A stretch of 64,000 nucleotides of DNA from Chlorokybus atmophyticus (GCA_009103225.1 RHPI01002262.1:1230466-1294465); one strand, 5' to 3'. Counted from the first letter of the stretch, positions 26,533 through 40,840 are shown. Notes: generated from the letters alone by a model not told the origin. Made by a program: numbers and translations.

Positions 26533-27948
26533 TGGGAGGGGTGGAGGTGTGTCACTCCTGATCTCTTGTGCGTGCGTGCGTGTGCCACCTGCATCACGCG
26601 TGGAGAGAAAACCATAACGGTGTTAACATGATTGGAGTGATCGATCCCCGCGCCCGTGCATATGCGCACACGCATGCACATGCGAATAGGTGTTCACATA
26701 CGCATGCGTGCTGGCATGGCCATGAGCAGCGACAACAATTGCAACAGAAGTTGTAATTTTTTAGTTCATAGCCTGAACAGAATCCGGTCGTGTACACGTG
26801 TATGCAGCATGCTGACGTACACACACAGGGTTTCACCTGGCACGCATATGCCTTTCACACATGTTTGAGTACGCTTAGACGCAGTGGTCCATTAGTAGTA
26901 TTATCAATGGAAACACGTTTCTCAAGACAGACTTATGCACAATGAGCCCGTGTGTGCACATAAACGTGGTCACTAGGAAAGCGAGGGGTATGTGCACGTT
27001 TGAGTGAGCGTGTCAGTGATGGAGAGAACAAATGCACGAATAAGAGACTGTGAGAGTGAGTGACGGAGAGAATGCGTGCGTGCCTGAGTGAGTGACTGCT
27101 TGACTGACTGCATGAGTGCTTCATTGCGTGCGTGCGTCACCAAATTAATGACTGAATAAGTGAGCGAGTGAGCGAGTGAGGGAGTCAGTGAGCAAGTGCT
27201 CACATAAGCGAGCGAGTAAGCGACTGCTTGGGTGGTGTCCAAGTTGTCACGCACTGACTCACCGACTCCCACCCTCACTCGCTACCAGCAGTGATGTCTA
27301 GAGCGCAAGACGATGCTCTTTTCCATACCTTTGTAAAACACGGACAACCCTCTTTTTCTTTGCAAGACACTTCAGCTTCATGGATGTATGCCGTAAAACC
27401 CCGACTATGTGTTACGATGTGCTTGTCCGGAAGATGAACGCACATGAGCTTGGCAAATTAGATTGCGTAACTAGATTACCTGTGTACGTCCTCCCAAGTT
27501 CAGCAGCAAACGCACAGGGAGGCACACAACCCCGAAAACGGCTATGACGACACAGCCAACGACGCCGTCGCCCTGCACAGCTTTGACCCCTCCACTGCCG
27601 CTGCAGCCATGTGATGAATTGCTTACCGGTGCTTCATTTGGAGTTCCAATCAAGCCGGGAGAACTGATGAAATGACGAGACACGCCTTCTGTAACAGTAT
27701 GTCTATATCCATCGTTGGCTTATTCTCCAAACGCAAACGTCGTCGCAGTACACCGCTGCTTGCAGTTGAGGATTTAACACGCAAGGCTCACTATATCGGC
27801 ATTGCGTCGACGCAACGATGACAAGGGCGCGCGACATCGTCGACATTGTCGGTCTTGGCGGTGTTGTCGGCGTTACCGGTGAGGTGAGCGGCGGCGGCGG
27901 CGGCGGCAGTGTGGAGAAGGAGGGGGCGTAGGGCTTTGGAGGGGGTCA

Positions 27949-29113
27949 ATGGCGCTGGTGTGGGTGTTGACGGGGGTGTCGGGGGACGGTAAGACGTCGG
28001 CGCTGGAGGCGTGGGCGGCGGGGAAGAAGAGCGTGGGCGGGGTCTTGTCGCCGTGGGGCGGCGGCGGCGAGGGTGGCAGAAGGCGCATGCGTGCCGTGGC
28101 CACCGGGGAGGAGCGCACCGTTCAAGTCAACGCCATTGACGACGAGGATAAGCACCGCCAGGAGCACCGCCTCGCTCACGCTCAGGCACCTAGCTAATTA
28201 TAGATGCAAGCCACATGCGCATGTGCACATAAGCACATGCAACATGCATGCAGGATGAGCGTGTGACGGACATGCGTTCGGAGGCTGCGAAGGCGGCGGC
28301 TTCCAAGTGCAACTTCCCAACCTACGTGGTGAGAGTAGCGACAGGGGTGGACTGCGTGCTTGTGTGCATGCACACATGTGTGTTACGTACATACAGTCCA
28401 AAGCCAAATTCGAGTCAACGGCACAGGCGTCCAACATACATAGTGTCCTAACATGTCCTACCATGCGTACGCATGTACTGTGTCCATCAGTTGAAGACAG
28501 AATCACTACTGCATGTACACACGTACAGACAGGTCTGCAAAACAACAGGCGCACACTCATGCACTCACTCGCGCTCGCACTTAAACGATATCCTCACAAA
28601 CGTATGCACGCGCAGACACACAAAGAGACACGCGTGTGCACGCATGCATGCACTCATGCGTGCACACGTGCGCTCATTGACACGCGCCTACACACACATA
28701 CACAGATCTACGCCACTTGCAGGTGGGTCCGTACGTTTTCGATGCGCGTGTATTCGACTGGGCTGCAGCTGAGATCCAACGTAAGCATGTGTTGTGAGCC
28801 GCACTATGCATGCACTCCAATGCCAACCATACTCACCACACATCCACATGTGGCATCAACAGGGTCTGTGAGCAGCGGGACATGCGAGTACGTCATCATC
28901 GACGAGGTGGGTCCACTTGAGGTGAACAAGGCTCAGGGGTTTGACGCGGTGGTGCGCGAGAGCCTCACCGCGGTCAAAAAAGTGGGAGACAACAACACGA
29001 AGCTCATCGTCGTCGTGCGGCCCGCTCTTGTGGACAAGTTCAAACAACACTACAGCCTCAGCGACAAGGATGTTGAAGTGCTCACAGCTGAAGACCTCAA
29101 GCACAAGGAGTAA
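27949..29113 (+). CDS. THEP1/NTPCR-type P-loop NTPase (NTPase_1 family)
   Basis: Walker A WVLTGVSGDGKT, then VGPYVFDARVFDWA, Walker B YVIIDEVGPLE and LIVVVR. Four exons; stop at 29113. Confidence 0.85.
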
Positions 29114-29744
29114 ATGTGTACAAAATATGCAATGCGGTGCATGTGTGCATGCATGCATTGCAATCATTGCCAAAGCAATGGCGATACGCCCCAACCTGTA
29201 GATGTCACCTGGCGCTATGTAGCTACGTTCTTTGTATGTAAATGAACACATGGTTGTCTTGCAAGGGTGTTGTGGCACCAACAATGATGTCACAACTTGC
29301 ATAGAACCTGCCTTCCCACTTCCATGCACTGCTTGATGGCGTTTGGAGTAATGTTGTGTTTGCATGCGGCTGACTTCAACGTTGTCATAACACGCCAGAC
29401 AGCTTGCAATAGCTGGAAAACCTTGCAACGACCAGCAGTGTACAGTTCACACATGTATGCTGGGTGCATAACGCACCCGCAGATGGCGTTTGCGTTTATT
29501 GTGCACATAGCATGCACAAGGATAGCTAACCACAGACCCATGTGACAATGTTATCACGCGCTTGTCACAGACATAACATTGCTCAAGGCACAAAGCACAC
29601 TTGCCTCCTCATGCACCACCACCACATGCACAAACGCAAACAGTTCACAGGTGGGCAAGTATAAGTTACAAGGTGGGCACACAAGCGAGCAACATAGTAG
29701 TCACATTGAACCTATACAGTATGAACCGCGAAAGAATCCAGCGA

Positions 29745-32700
29745 CTAACCGTTGACAGCAACCCGAGGCGCCGTGTTGGCAGCTCTGCGCAGATCCCCAC
29801 CTGCCATGCCACCGCTGCCGCTACGCTGCTGCTTCTGCGCAGCAACAGCGGCCTCAGCGAGAGCGCGCCCGGCAGCCCCGAGCCCCGTGCGTCCTGCGAG
29901 CTTGACTCCCATAACATGCGTGAGGACGCGCAGGCGGGCGGCGTCCCCGCCTTTGACATCCTGGAGGCGTGCCGCTGCGGGGGCGGGGAGGATTGCGTAC
30001 ACATGAATGTGGGAGGGGAGCGGCGGGGAGAGCGCTGAGGGAGGTGCGAGAGCAGGAGGTCGAGGAGGAGGAGGCGAGGTGAGTGTTACGCGTAACAACA
30101 CGTCCTTGTTCGGGTCGGACCCGTACATGTCGCCCACCACGGCAAAGGACCCGAACTCGACTGTTGGAACCTTGAATGCCTGTTGCATCAATGCATCAAG
30201 AGCAGGAATGTAATATGCCTGAATCCGCGTCAACATACACTCACACTTGAATGCAAGCGGTACACGCCTACACGCACATGCACACACGACACATCTACGT
30301 AATTGTGCGCGAATGCATACTTTCTTGGATGCAGTGTGTGCAAAGGTGCGTGTTCACAAACTTGCCAGCCGTACATACACATCACGAGTGCTACACTAGC
30401 ACAACCGCACCTGTGCAAGAAGAGCGCCGTCCTGGATGGCACCCGCACCAGCAGCCATGACAGCGCTGTTGCTGCTGGCAGTCGGGGCGTGCATGGCTGC
30501 AAGTGCGGTGTTGATGTTGGCCGCCTCGCGAAGGCCGCTCAAGAACGCGCCGTGCATTGTCGCGGGCTGCTTACGGTTTGTGGCCTACAAGGATACCCAT
30601 CACATCAGGACAGAGTGTTGTCGTGTGTGTATGTGTGTGTGGTGATATGTGTGCATTATGGGTTTTATCGTAATGTGTATCATAGTTGACAGTATGTGTA
30701 CATGAGTGGCGCGTGCGCGCGTACGAGCATGTGTCCAACATGTGTGACCGCTTAGTGACCCTACCTCCCCCGCAAAGAAGAGTCGATTGCCGACAGGTTG
30801 AGCGAGGATGTCATAGTCCTCGCCAGAGGCGCCAACGGCCACGTTGGAGTAGGAACCGAGGGCGAAGGGGTCATTGCCCCATCGCGTGCACACTGTGGCG
30901 AGCGGCATAGGCACACGGACACCCTTGGGCTCGTAGATGTCTCTAAGAATGGCGAGGACGCGGTCGACAGCCTCATCCGCAGGGACGCGCTCAAAGTTGT
31001 GGGCGGCCTTGCCCGCGACGAGGGCAATGAGGAGGGGCGCGCCGGCGGTCCTTGCGTACGAGTAGAAGAGGAAGAACTCACCCCGTCTCTCGCCCTCTTC
31101 CGCCATGTGACCCAACATGTCGATGTCATCCCCCCAGAAGCATGTCGGGAACAACAACGCCACCTTGTTGAGCAACCCAAACCCGAGCCGCTTGATGGCC
31201 TTTCTCTTCGCCTCGGGCAAAGGTGGGGAGAAAGATATCCTCTCAGCTTTCAACACGCCGAGCGGGACGGTCACCAACACCGCATCTGCTGAGAACACCC
31301 TCTCGTCTATGCACGTGACCTGCACGCCGGCGTCGGTGTGGCTCACGCCCTTCACAACGCTACTGTAGAAGATGGGGAGGTCCTTGACAAGGGCCTGGAT
31401 GAGGGTCCCATTGCCGCCGGCGAGGAAGCAATGTGCCCCGCGGATCTCCCACTGGTCGTCTTGGTCCCAATGGGCCAGGGAGAGGTCGCCAAGGAGACCC
31501 GCGTTGGCGTACTCTAGGTTGGCGTAATGCCAATCCAACACCTGCCTCTCTGCTGCCGCAGACGTGGATGTGGACCCCGCAAAGCCCTTCGTCTCACACA
31601 CCGTCTCAAGCCCCGTCTGGAGCGATATCAACTCTGCAGACTGCATTGTCTCTCTGTAAGTACTGACCGCATCTACACACACGCACAGGCACAGTTAAGC
31701 AAGCAACTTGGCACTCTGGCACCACCACATGCAGACATTTTCACACAAAAACGTACCCAACAAGTTGTTGAACTCAGCGAATACCCTGTCATCAATGTCT
31801 TGGGCGAGCAGGGAGCCGTCGGGGGCGTATATGGGGCACTTATCTCTGATATTGTGGAGTGGGGCGCCGAGCTGGCGCGCGAGCACTGCGAGTGGGTTGC
31901 CGTCAACCCCCGTGACGACGCTGCCCCCCAGGTCCGCTGCGGCCTCAAGACCCCCGCCAGTTCCAGACTTCATCCTCTTCGTGTGGACACGCCCACCTGG
32001 ACGTTGCCGGCCCTCGAGGATGACAACTTTGATGCCCGCAGCAATAAGCTGCCTCGCCGCAGCCAGGCCAGCCAACCCCGCGCCGATCACAACCACACTA
32101 CCCTTCTTGGGAGCGATATTGTCACTGTTGTTGTTGCTCATTATGCCATAATTGATCCACCCATAGCTGTGGAGGAATGAGTATGCTGCGGCCACGACGG
32201 TGCGGTGCTGCTTGAGGATTCGCGAGAAGGCCTCACTCTCGTCAAAGAACTTGTGCGGTCGAGAGCGCCATCGGGCCACTATGTGGTTGCGGATGACGAG
32301 GTAGGCCCCCACCGTCTCCGTGCTCGCATTGGCAGGCAGCACACCGGCCTCTAGCTCCTCTTCCGACAAGCCGTCGCGCGGGAAACCAATTGCTGCCGCC
32401 ATGTCCGCTTCCCTGAAACCAACACAACATTGGACAACTCACAGTCACATGGACACTCCAACATTGACTCATCATATCTCTCCCACTCTCTCACGCGCAC
32501 GCATGCACGCATGCACGCACTCATGTACATCGCCATTATCTCACGGCGTATGTACTCAACTTTTACTCCCATCTGTGCTTCACAATGCACACTAAACTCT
32601 GATACAATGCCCCAACAGCTTGCGTGCTTAATAGTCACCCAGTTTAACTTGGCAGGTCTAGGGGTAATTGACCAACAACCACATGTGGCTTGAGTACCGC

Positions 32701-34049
32701 TTCGGTTGCTCATACGACACCCTCAATGCCTTGGCGTATGCACACCTCAAGTCATTACAGGCGCCAGGCGCAATAGGGGTGCATGCCAAAGACAAGTCTA
32801 TATCGGCCACATTGCCTCGTTGATATGCAATGGCGGCTTGGCCAACTTGGCCTCTATCTAGTGGTGTTGTTACCACCGGGGGGCTGTTGCTGCTACGGCG
32901 CCCACAGCCACCACCACAGTTACCATTGCTGCTGGCAGCTGCCACCCCTCCCCAACGAGACACTTGACGAGCAAACTTTGTCTTGAGCATGCCGTGTATC
33001 ACACTGTGACATGCTTAAGACTTGCGGTGATGATCAGGACAAGGCAGGGAAGGCGTCCGTCCTTTGCATCTAAGATGCAAAGGACGGAAGTGGTGCTTGA
33101 AGCCATAAGTTGTGATTGGTGAATCATCCACATTACAACTTGGCAAGTCAAGCTCGGGCAAGGTGCAAAAATGCTGAGAACTTGAGCAATTTCCACAGCG
33201 GAGCACCTTTCATCGCTGGCATGTGCAGAGGCCATCTGATTGTCCGCAGGCTGCTCGTCCAAAGTGACATCATCACTGCCTTCAAAAGAGACACGGATTG
33301 CAGCTTGTGCCTGTGCTCTCGCTCGGCGCACTGGTGAAGTAGAAAAACTGTGTTAAGGTTAAACGCGTGCGCACAACAATATAATACATATAACTCGGTG
33401 GTTTAGAGGTCTGTTGAACACAGATGCACAGTAAGACTGGCAAGAGTGAGGTGACCAAAAAGCGGACTATGGAAACTGCAACGGACTGTTACGTGCTGGC
33501 GTAACCCAACAATGCAGCAGTGTACAGCAAATGCTGTAACCAAATGAAGACACCAATAAGAACTGACACTACCAGAGTCCATCAAACAGCACCATCAATT
33601 CACACCTGGAATGCTATGACCAAGATCCAGGCTGCACGTAAGCAAACAACTAAGTGCCAAAGCAAGGCAAGAGTAACAAGCACAAAGCAAGCAAGCAAAC
33701 AAACAAACGCAAGCAAGCACTGAGCGCAACACAAGCTTTTACCAGTCTTGACGCCTCCCAACATGCCATTGGATGTAGCGCCATCCTGCGTCCTGGGCCG
33801 CTTGCCTACGCGCCTTCCGGCCACCTGCTTCTCCCTGCCCTCCTCCTTTACCTCCTCCTTGGCCTCAGTAGCCTCAGCCTTGCCTTCGCCGCCGCCGTCG
33901 TCGTCGTCGCCGCCGCTCACCCCCACCTGACCGCTCGCCAGCTCCACCGCCTCCGGCTGCTGGTGCTCATCCGCCTCCTCCCCCCCCTCTTCCTCCTTCG
34001 CCGCCGCTGTCGCCGCCACGGCCGGCGCAAACGGCCCCTCCCGCTCCAT
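29745..34049 (-). CDS. LSD1-like lysine-specific histone demethylase (FLD/LDL subfamily): SWIRM plus FAD amine oxidase
   Basis: SWIRM AIGFPRDGLSEEE...YLVIRNHIVARW...GWINYG; FAD motif VVVIGAGLAGLAAARQL; DWHYANLEYANAG..LSLAHWDQDD; FAGE|ATNRKQPATMHGAFLSGLREA; FLD-like C-terminus LGVKL-type VMGVKLAGRTGLG. The core is 29745-~32420. The acidic N-terminal exons up to ATG 34049 are less certain. Confidence 0.92.
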
Positions 34050-34120
34050 CGCTACCCCCTGGCCTGGCCTGGCCTGGCCTACCGCCGGCCCAGTCCGGCC
34101 TAGCCTGGTGTAATATGTGG

Positions 34121-34128
34121 AACCCTAA
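34121..34128 (+). promoter_or_regulatory. Telo-box-like motif (AACCCTAA) in the short spacer between the divergent demethylase and HIP-TRX genes
   Basis: The motif lies between ATG 34049 (-) and ATG 34213 (+). Function is inferred only. Confidence 0.35.
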
Positions 34129-34212
34129 ACTAAGCTCCAGCTTCAGGGCGTGCATGTAGGCGGTGACGGCGGTGGTGGAGTTGGCTTAGTGGGGTGACGG
34201 CGCAGCAACAGC

Positions 34213-37102
34213 ATGGATACATCCAAGGTAGAAGCCCTCCGGGCAGCGGTGGCGGCGGCGGAGGCCGATCCATGCGTCCTTCTGCGGGAAGACCTGTCGT
34301 TCTTCAGGGACTACTTGCAAAGGTGGGCAGTTAGCCTTATGATTGTCATCGATGTCCGCCTTCCCCTCCTTCTTGTCGTTGTCGTTGTTGTTCTTGCGCT
34401 TATGCTTGACGCTCTTATTCTCAGGCTTGGCGCCAACGTCCCTGTCTGTGGCAAGCCTGCCCAAGCTGCGACGCAAGATGGAACAAAGGTTCAAGCCATG
34501 CATGCCGCTGTTGAGTGTTTGCAACAGCGGTTAGGGTTTGTGTGGGGGCAAAGATATGGTGTGTGAAAATCAACATCTGCTTACATGCATGCTTGTTTCA
34601 GCAGCAAGCAGACGAGACGATAGCAGATGCTGACAACGATGGTGTTGTGGAGCCGGACAACGACCCCCCTCAACCGGTCAGTCACAAGAACAGGGGTTTC
34701 ATTGACAGTCTGTTAAAGGTTGACAAGAACTCTTGCGTGCGCACCTAAGTGCAAACATACATTATCTCAGAAAATCACGCATGCGTGCATGCATGCATAT
34801 GCTCTCAGCCACCTACCAACAATGAATACTCATGCATGCATACACACGCCCATGCATGCGCACACATACACATACGCATAATTGTCCAAACATGCATGCT
34901 GACACACATATTGACACACATATGCGCACATACACACATATACATGCACACATGCATGCGCATACACACGTACAAGCATATACACACGAATAAGCATATG
35001 CACACGCGCACGCACACCCAGTTGCATACATGCACACGCATGTGCATGTACGAGTTACCACCTGCCTGCCCATGCACGCTTGGGCATGTGCGCATTCACT
35101 GCGGGTACCAGATGTGCATACATGCGCTTGCTCACATGCACACGCACATACATGTGTGTATGCACATACATACATGTGTGTATACACATACTATCAACTG
35201 GCACATCGACACAGATGGGAGACCCCAGTAGGGAGGTGACAGACGAGGATCGCGAGGCGGCGGCCATGGCGAAGGCAGCAGGTTCAGAGGCGATGGCCGC
35301 AGGCGATCCCAAGCGCGCGGTGGAGCATTTCACCGAGGCGGTGGAGCGCAACCCCTCATCGGCGATGCTGCATGCCAACCGCGCCCTCGCATACGCCGCG
35401 CTCAAGAAGCCCAACGCCGCCATGCGTGATGCTGAGGCCGCCCTCAACCTCAACCCGGACTCAGCCAAAGCCTACCGCGCGCGCGGAGAGGCACGCGCAC
35501 TGCTTGGCCAATGGGAGGACGCAGCCAAGGACCTCGCCGAAGCCTGCCGCATTGATTATGACCCTGAGTCTGATGCCAAACTCCGCCAGGTCGATCTAGT
35601 TGCATGCTATGCACACACAGCATGCCTCGCGCTGTGCTTGTTGCAAAAGCATGTCCACTTGCTTGCGTGCATGTGTGTATGGGCACTTGCGCGAGTGAAG
35701 CTGGTATCGTACGCCATGCATGTGCATACGTGCATGTGCTTGTGTAGGTTGTAAGCATGTATGATACAAGCAAGCGTGTACAAGTACTATTGATTGTGTA
35801 TCACATTGCGTCATGCGTACACAAGCATACATTTAAGTGCACAGCTGCATGCTTGCATGCGTACACATCAGCATGCACACATGTTATGTTACTATAATTA
35901 CAACAAGTGCACGAGTAGTCTACGCCTTATTTAGGCTGTGAGGTCGAAACAGGTCCAACCCAAGGCTCAGCAGATTGCCAAAGCACGCCACGACACTGAA
36001 CGCCAGCAGAGGGAGGCTCGCGAGCGCGCGGAGCAGGCGAGAAAGCGTGACCAGCAGCAGCAGCAGCAACAAGCAAGCAGTGCTTCCTCACAAGCGCCAG
36101 CCTTGGCGGACCTGATGAACGATCCTGAGCTCATGGCGGCCATGTCCGACCCCGACATGCAGCCCGTCATGTTGGACATGCTCTCCTCTGACCCCGCCAC
36201 TGCGGCTGCCAAACACGCCGGCAATCCCAAAGTCGCCGCCCTGATGGCCAGACTCATGGCCAAGCTCGGTAAAACTGGTAAACACCTGCGTGCATGTGCG
36301 CTCGCGCATGTGTGGTTGTGTGCGTATACACAAGCGTGGTGTTGAGCACAGGTGTATGAGGCACGTGCGCGTGCGCGCGTTGTGTTTGCTCCTACAGGTT
36401 CCCTCGTTGGGTGCAGGTGCAGCACCAGGCGGTACAACTTCTCCTCCTCCACAACAACAGACTTCAGCAGCACCACGTGGCGTGAGGGAGTTGCACAGCC
36501 GCAATGAGTGGGAGCAGCTGCTGCAGTCCACCGCACAAGAGAACAAGTTGCTTGTCGTGGTGCGCACATGAGAAGATCATTCTGTGACAACAACTTGTAG
36601 CAGTACTCTCCCGCATGCAGCCATGTGACAACAATATTGTCTATGCTGAAGGATTTCTATGCAACATGGTGCGGCCCGTGCAAGGTCATCTCCCCGCGGT
36701 TTGCGGACCTTGCCAAGAACCCGACATACGCAGACAAGGTTGTGTTCGCCAAGGTCGACGTGGATCAGGTAACTTAAAGGTGGCGAGCAGCATGCATTTC
36801 GGTTTCAACATATGCCAATGGCAACATGTTGTCACTGCATCCTACGTTGGCGTGTAACCAAGATGTGTCCAGAGTTTATCAATCACAACATAAACGAGTT
36901 GTGGTAGGGTATATGCTTGTATGCGCTTACGGCTTGCATAATGCAGTTGCTAATTGCATATGCGCAGGTTCGGGATGTTGCTGCCAAGGAGGGCATTTCG
37001 GCGATGCCCACATTCAAGTATTACAAAAATGGTCGTGCTGTGGACACGCTGCAGGGTGCTGATCTGCACGGTCTAATGATGCTTCTCGACAAGCACAAGT
37101 GA
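34213..37102 (+). CDS. Hsp70-interacting protein (HIP/ST13)-thioredoxin fusion: HIP N-terminal domain, TPR, STI1/DP, thioredoxin (TDX-like)
   Basis: [10 protein letters not shown]...[11 protein letters not shown]|LGANVP; [15 protein letters not shown]|MGDP; TPR ([12 protein letters not shown]...[10 protein letters not shown]...[12 protein letters not shown]); STI1 ([14 protein letters not shown]...NPKV); VV|[11 protein letters not shown]...KVDVDQ|...AMPTF. All junctions are GT-AG and in frame. Confidence 0.93.
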
Positions 37103-40100
37103 TGGATTGATTGATGTGAAGCCAACTGAGTGCGTGCATGTGTGCAAGCGTGTGTCCGGCCTTGAGTTCTGGATTGAGCGGGCGTGTACATAGTGAGGGA
37201 GGCATTACTGCCTGTTGCAATTGTAGTTGCTGAATGTTGCTGCGGCTGATGTTTCTGTGAAATAAAGCTCTTAGATGAGCCAGTTGGGTCCGCGGGTTTG
37301 ATGCATTATTATTGACAACTTTGGATATTGTGCAAAATGATTTTGACGACCAACCGCAAAGGTTGTGCGATTCTAATGCAGTGAGGCAAGACATTGTATA
37401 GGTTATGTGAAGTGCTGCGAAACCGCATATGTCATGGAGGTATCATTGTAATGAGCAGAGTTTTGCATAGCACAAGTGAACGTTGAGAGTAGCTCAGCAA
37501 GGTACTTATCATGTCACTGCGATGAAAAGATTAAACTCCAATCAATGGCATGTTTGCTTAGCGATGCGAGGGTGAATCGATGGTATCAATGTTTATCATT
37601 TCATTAGTTTTAACATAGTGTTGTCGGGGCATGAGGATTGCTAAGTTATGTAGCACTCACATACAAAAGGAAGCATTGACCTAGCATAAGCTTACGATGT
37701 TGTGAAGTATGTGATAATCAATGTAGAGGCATAGTACTTGGTTTGATGTTGGGTAGCATAAAAACAAGCCGCTCATCCAATACTTCCACGTGGATTTTAC
37801 ATTGCATATTAAACACACATTTTCATGTATGTTCATTTGACACTGCATCTTAACAGTTATTACCACATTCATCTTCGACTCTATTTACGGCTCCATGCTC
37901 ATGTTTGAAAGTATAGCATGTTTATATGTCTGCGATAACACATGTAGGTATCTACACATGCGTGTGTTAATCACTGAGTGCCTTGTTGCATGCACAATAT
38001 GTGTTTTGCGACAACCGTTTGCACAATGCTTGTAACAATGAACAGAATAGATGTTGAGCAGTCGCCGAAAGGAGGGCTCCGCTGTATGCCAAAATGATTG
38101 GATGCATGGACTATGTTCGAATGAACTTGAAGCGTGCAATTGTGTTTTTGTACTTAATGCACAAATATAACCTTGCTGTGTATATATACATTAAAGTTTT
38201 GCATAGACTGAGTATGTACATTATGATAGAACCTCGGTATGGATACGTTAACTATGCATCGTGCTTTTGGTGACCGTGCGTATTAGATAGCACCATGCAA
38301 GGAAGCATTCTTAGTCATGGCCCATGATATTAGATTAGCATACGGCATGTTTTAATAAACCTTGTACATTTGCGTAGTAGCTACACGAAATAATATTGAA
38401 AAGCTCAGATAGGAGTGTGCCAGCTTTATTGCAAAATGTCACACCGCGCACGGATCAAATTGTTGATCAATTTCGTGGATGCTATCAATAATGCGCACTA
38501 CCTTCTTTTCAGCCGTATTATGTAACGCAATATAATGCCATCAACATGAACATACTACCTTTCGAAAGATCATATTGCCGATTAAAGAAGATGATGCTCT
38601 CAATGTTACGCACCAGCATGATTACAAGTCTAGGCTACACTTTGTCGTGAAAGACGGTCTTTTGATGACGTAAGTCATTCGCTTGCTGCGTGTTGGTGCT
38701 CGCCTAATCTTGATGTGGATTTGAAAATCTCACATTATCTGCAGATCCGATCCCCTGTATTATGACAGTGTAGCCTTGGAATAGTTTTGAACGATCAAAA
38801 ACTGTTTCAAAGCCTTGCCATATTTTAGCCCTTGATCAGAAAGCGGGCATGTGCATAGAATAAGCCTTTGGTAATTTGCGGTACGTGACTATTGAGTTCA
38901 TGCTTTGTGCAATTTGGTTCCTTATCATATGGAACCGTTCCGTAGGCTATTGCCTTGCATACATTTGCAGAGCTAAATACGTATTTAATATTTGCGTATC
39001 AACATGAACAGTGTCATAATGTTATGATCATAACAATTGTATCAAGGCGTAATTGACAATCAGTATGTAAATGCCTCATAGCATGTAGCAAGTGCGTGTG
39101 GCGCAACATGGTAATAAAATAACATGCTGCCAGCAATGCATGCAAGCCTCGTTTTTCACATCAACAACCTTTGTGATTCAATCTTGAGAACCAAGACAAA
39201 CTAGCCTTAGCCGAGTGCACCTGCATCTTGAAAGCGTGCAAGAAGAGTTCGTGTTGGTATCGGTTCATGGGCCTTGATGATGTTAATGTCGGAAATTGCT
39301 AGGAACACTTTGAATGACGCCATGTGGAGCAAGTGGAGGCCAGCGCTTGCCCATTCTTTTTCGATTGCATTGCACGCGCATAAATAACCCTTGGACGCTC
39401 ATTCAAGTCCATGCAATACGCTCGTCGTCCAAAACTGTTATATGTACATGTTAACAACAACAACTGCTTCTTCTCCTTCAACTTTCTCAAAAGTTACACT
39501 CCGCAGACCTTGCGGGCCACATTCATGCACATCAAGCTAAAAAGCTTGCTTTCCGTCTCACCTTTGCCGCGAGTACCACTCGCAGTGCCTCTCTTGACCC
39601 TCATACGGCGTCCCCCTTTTGCTGTCATCCTTAAGACCCCATGCCACTGTCGCCGCTACCGTCGTTTCAACTTGCAATGTTACTGCTGACGCTTGCAACT
39701 GCTATATTGCGAAAGCAATAATGGCAACATCTAAAGATAGACATGCAAACGCGCCCATGCATGCCCACGTACGTGTGAAGCCCGTAACAATATGTATCGA
39801 CGCAACAGCTATTCGTATACTCAATTAACTCCAATAGTACTACAAGGAGAGTGATGACTTATGATCATTAAATCGATGCGTAGTTGTATATCATGTATGT
39901 ATGGTTTATATAACTACCGACTGGTCTGTATAATTACCGTATGTACACAGTATATAGATTGGTTATTGGTCTGCCTATATGTATACTATGTATTTTGTGC
40001 GTTTAATCCAAAAAAGAAAACCGATCGAAACACATAATGTAATCAAACATTATCATGCATGTTTAGCTCAAATGGTAATTTTATACAAAATTGGCCTGAC

Positions 40101-40586
40101 ATAGCACAGTTTTCAATGATGTCGTTTAACGAAAAGGTATATAGCTAAATGACCTCAGCTTAAACTTAGCTACAACGCTATGTTTGGTGATCGGACAATT
40201 ACAACGCCTTAGAAATGCCATGACTTATCAACTTATCATAAGTGTATACATAAATCAATAATAACATTTAATGTAATATACCATGTTTATATATGCACAA
40301 CATTGAAACTCGCAATTACCAATCATGCATATTGTTCCATAACTTCTTCGCATCATGATTTGCATCATGTTGTAAAGTAAGACGCCTTTCATGCTGAACA
40401 TTTAAAAAAATTAAAGCGTAATTAAATTGATTGCATTTGTCCCCAAGCTAGCCCTTGTGTACAGAGTTACACAACTTTCTGGCACTAGGAAAATGAACGC
40501 GCAAGTGTTCATTTAAACTACAACATATCAACTCACATACTTATCGGCTAGATTTTGATATGCCGCACCCAAGACGTTATGTTTAT

Positions 40587-40840
40587 TTGCGGTTGAAGCT
40601 GCATGGTGGTGCATGTGTGGCACGGCTTGGTGGATACGCTTGTAACTGCTAGTGTCCCCGACCGGGGCCCTCTCTCAACTTCTTGACACGATGGACAGCC
40701 AATCATTAAGTGAAGATCATTGCGGTTGAAGCTGCGTAGTGGTGCATGTGTGGCACAGGTTGTTGAATACATTTGTAAACGCTGGTGCCCCTCTCTCAAC
40801 TCCTTGCCACGATGGACAGCCAACCATTAAAGATCATTGC
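40587..40840. repeat. Imperfect tandem duplication, ~133-bp unit x2
   Basis: TTGCGGTTGAAGCTGC...GGTGCATGTGTGGCAC...CCCTCTCTCAACT...ACGATGGACAGCCAA recurs at 40587 and 40720. Confidence 0.9.

Noticed and set aside
27471-27683. Small minus-strand ORF divergent from the NTPase
   Set aside because: It has plausible splice signals but no recognisable product or linkable exons.
1-37100. Many ORF-track entries rich in H/T/C/V/A/R (e.g. HTHTHT, CVCVCV, RVRVRV)
   Set aside because: These are translations of intronic CA/GT microsatellites or antisense shadows of real exons.
38400-39700. Possible decayed coding sequence in the AT-rich spacer
   Set aside because: Frames are heavily interrupted and no family motif is recognisable.
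40483-40500. CACTAGGAAAATG as the left CACTA TIR
   Set aside because: No matching inverted copy (…TTTTCCTAGTG) is found in the window, so the boundary is unsupported.
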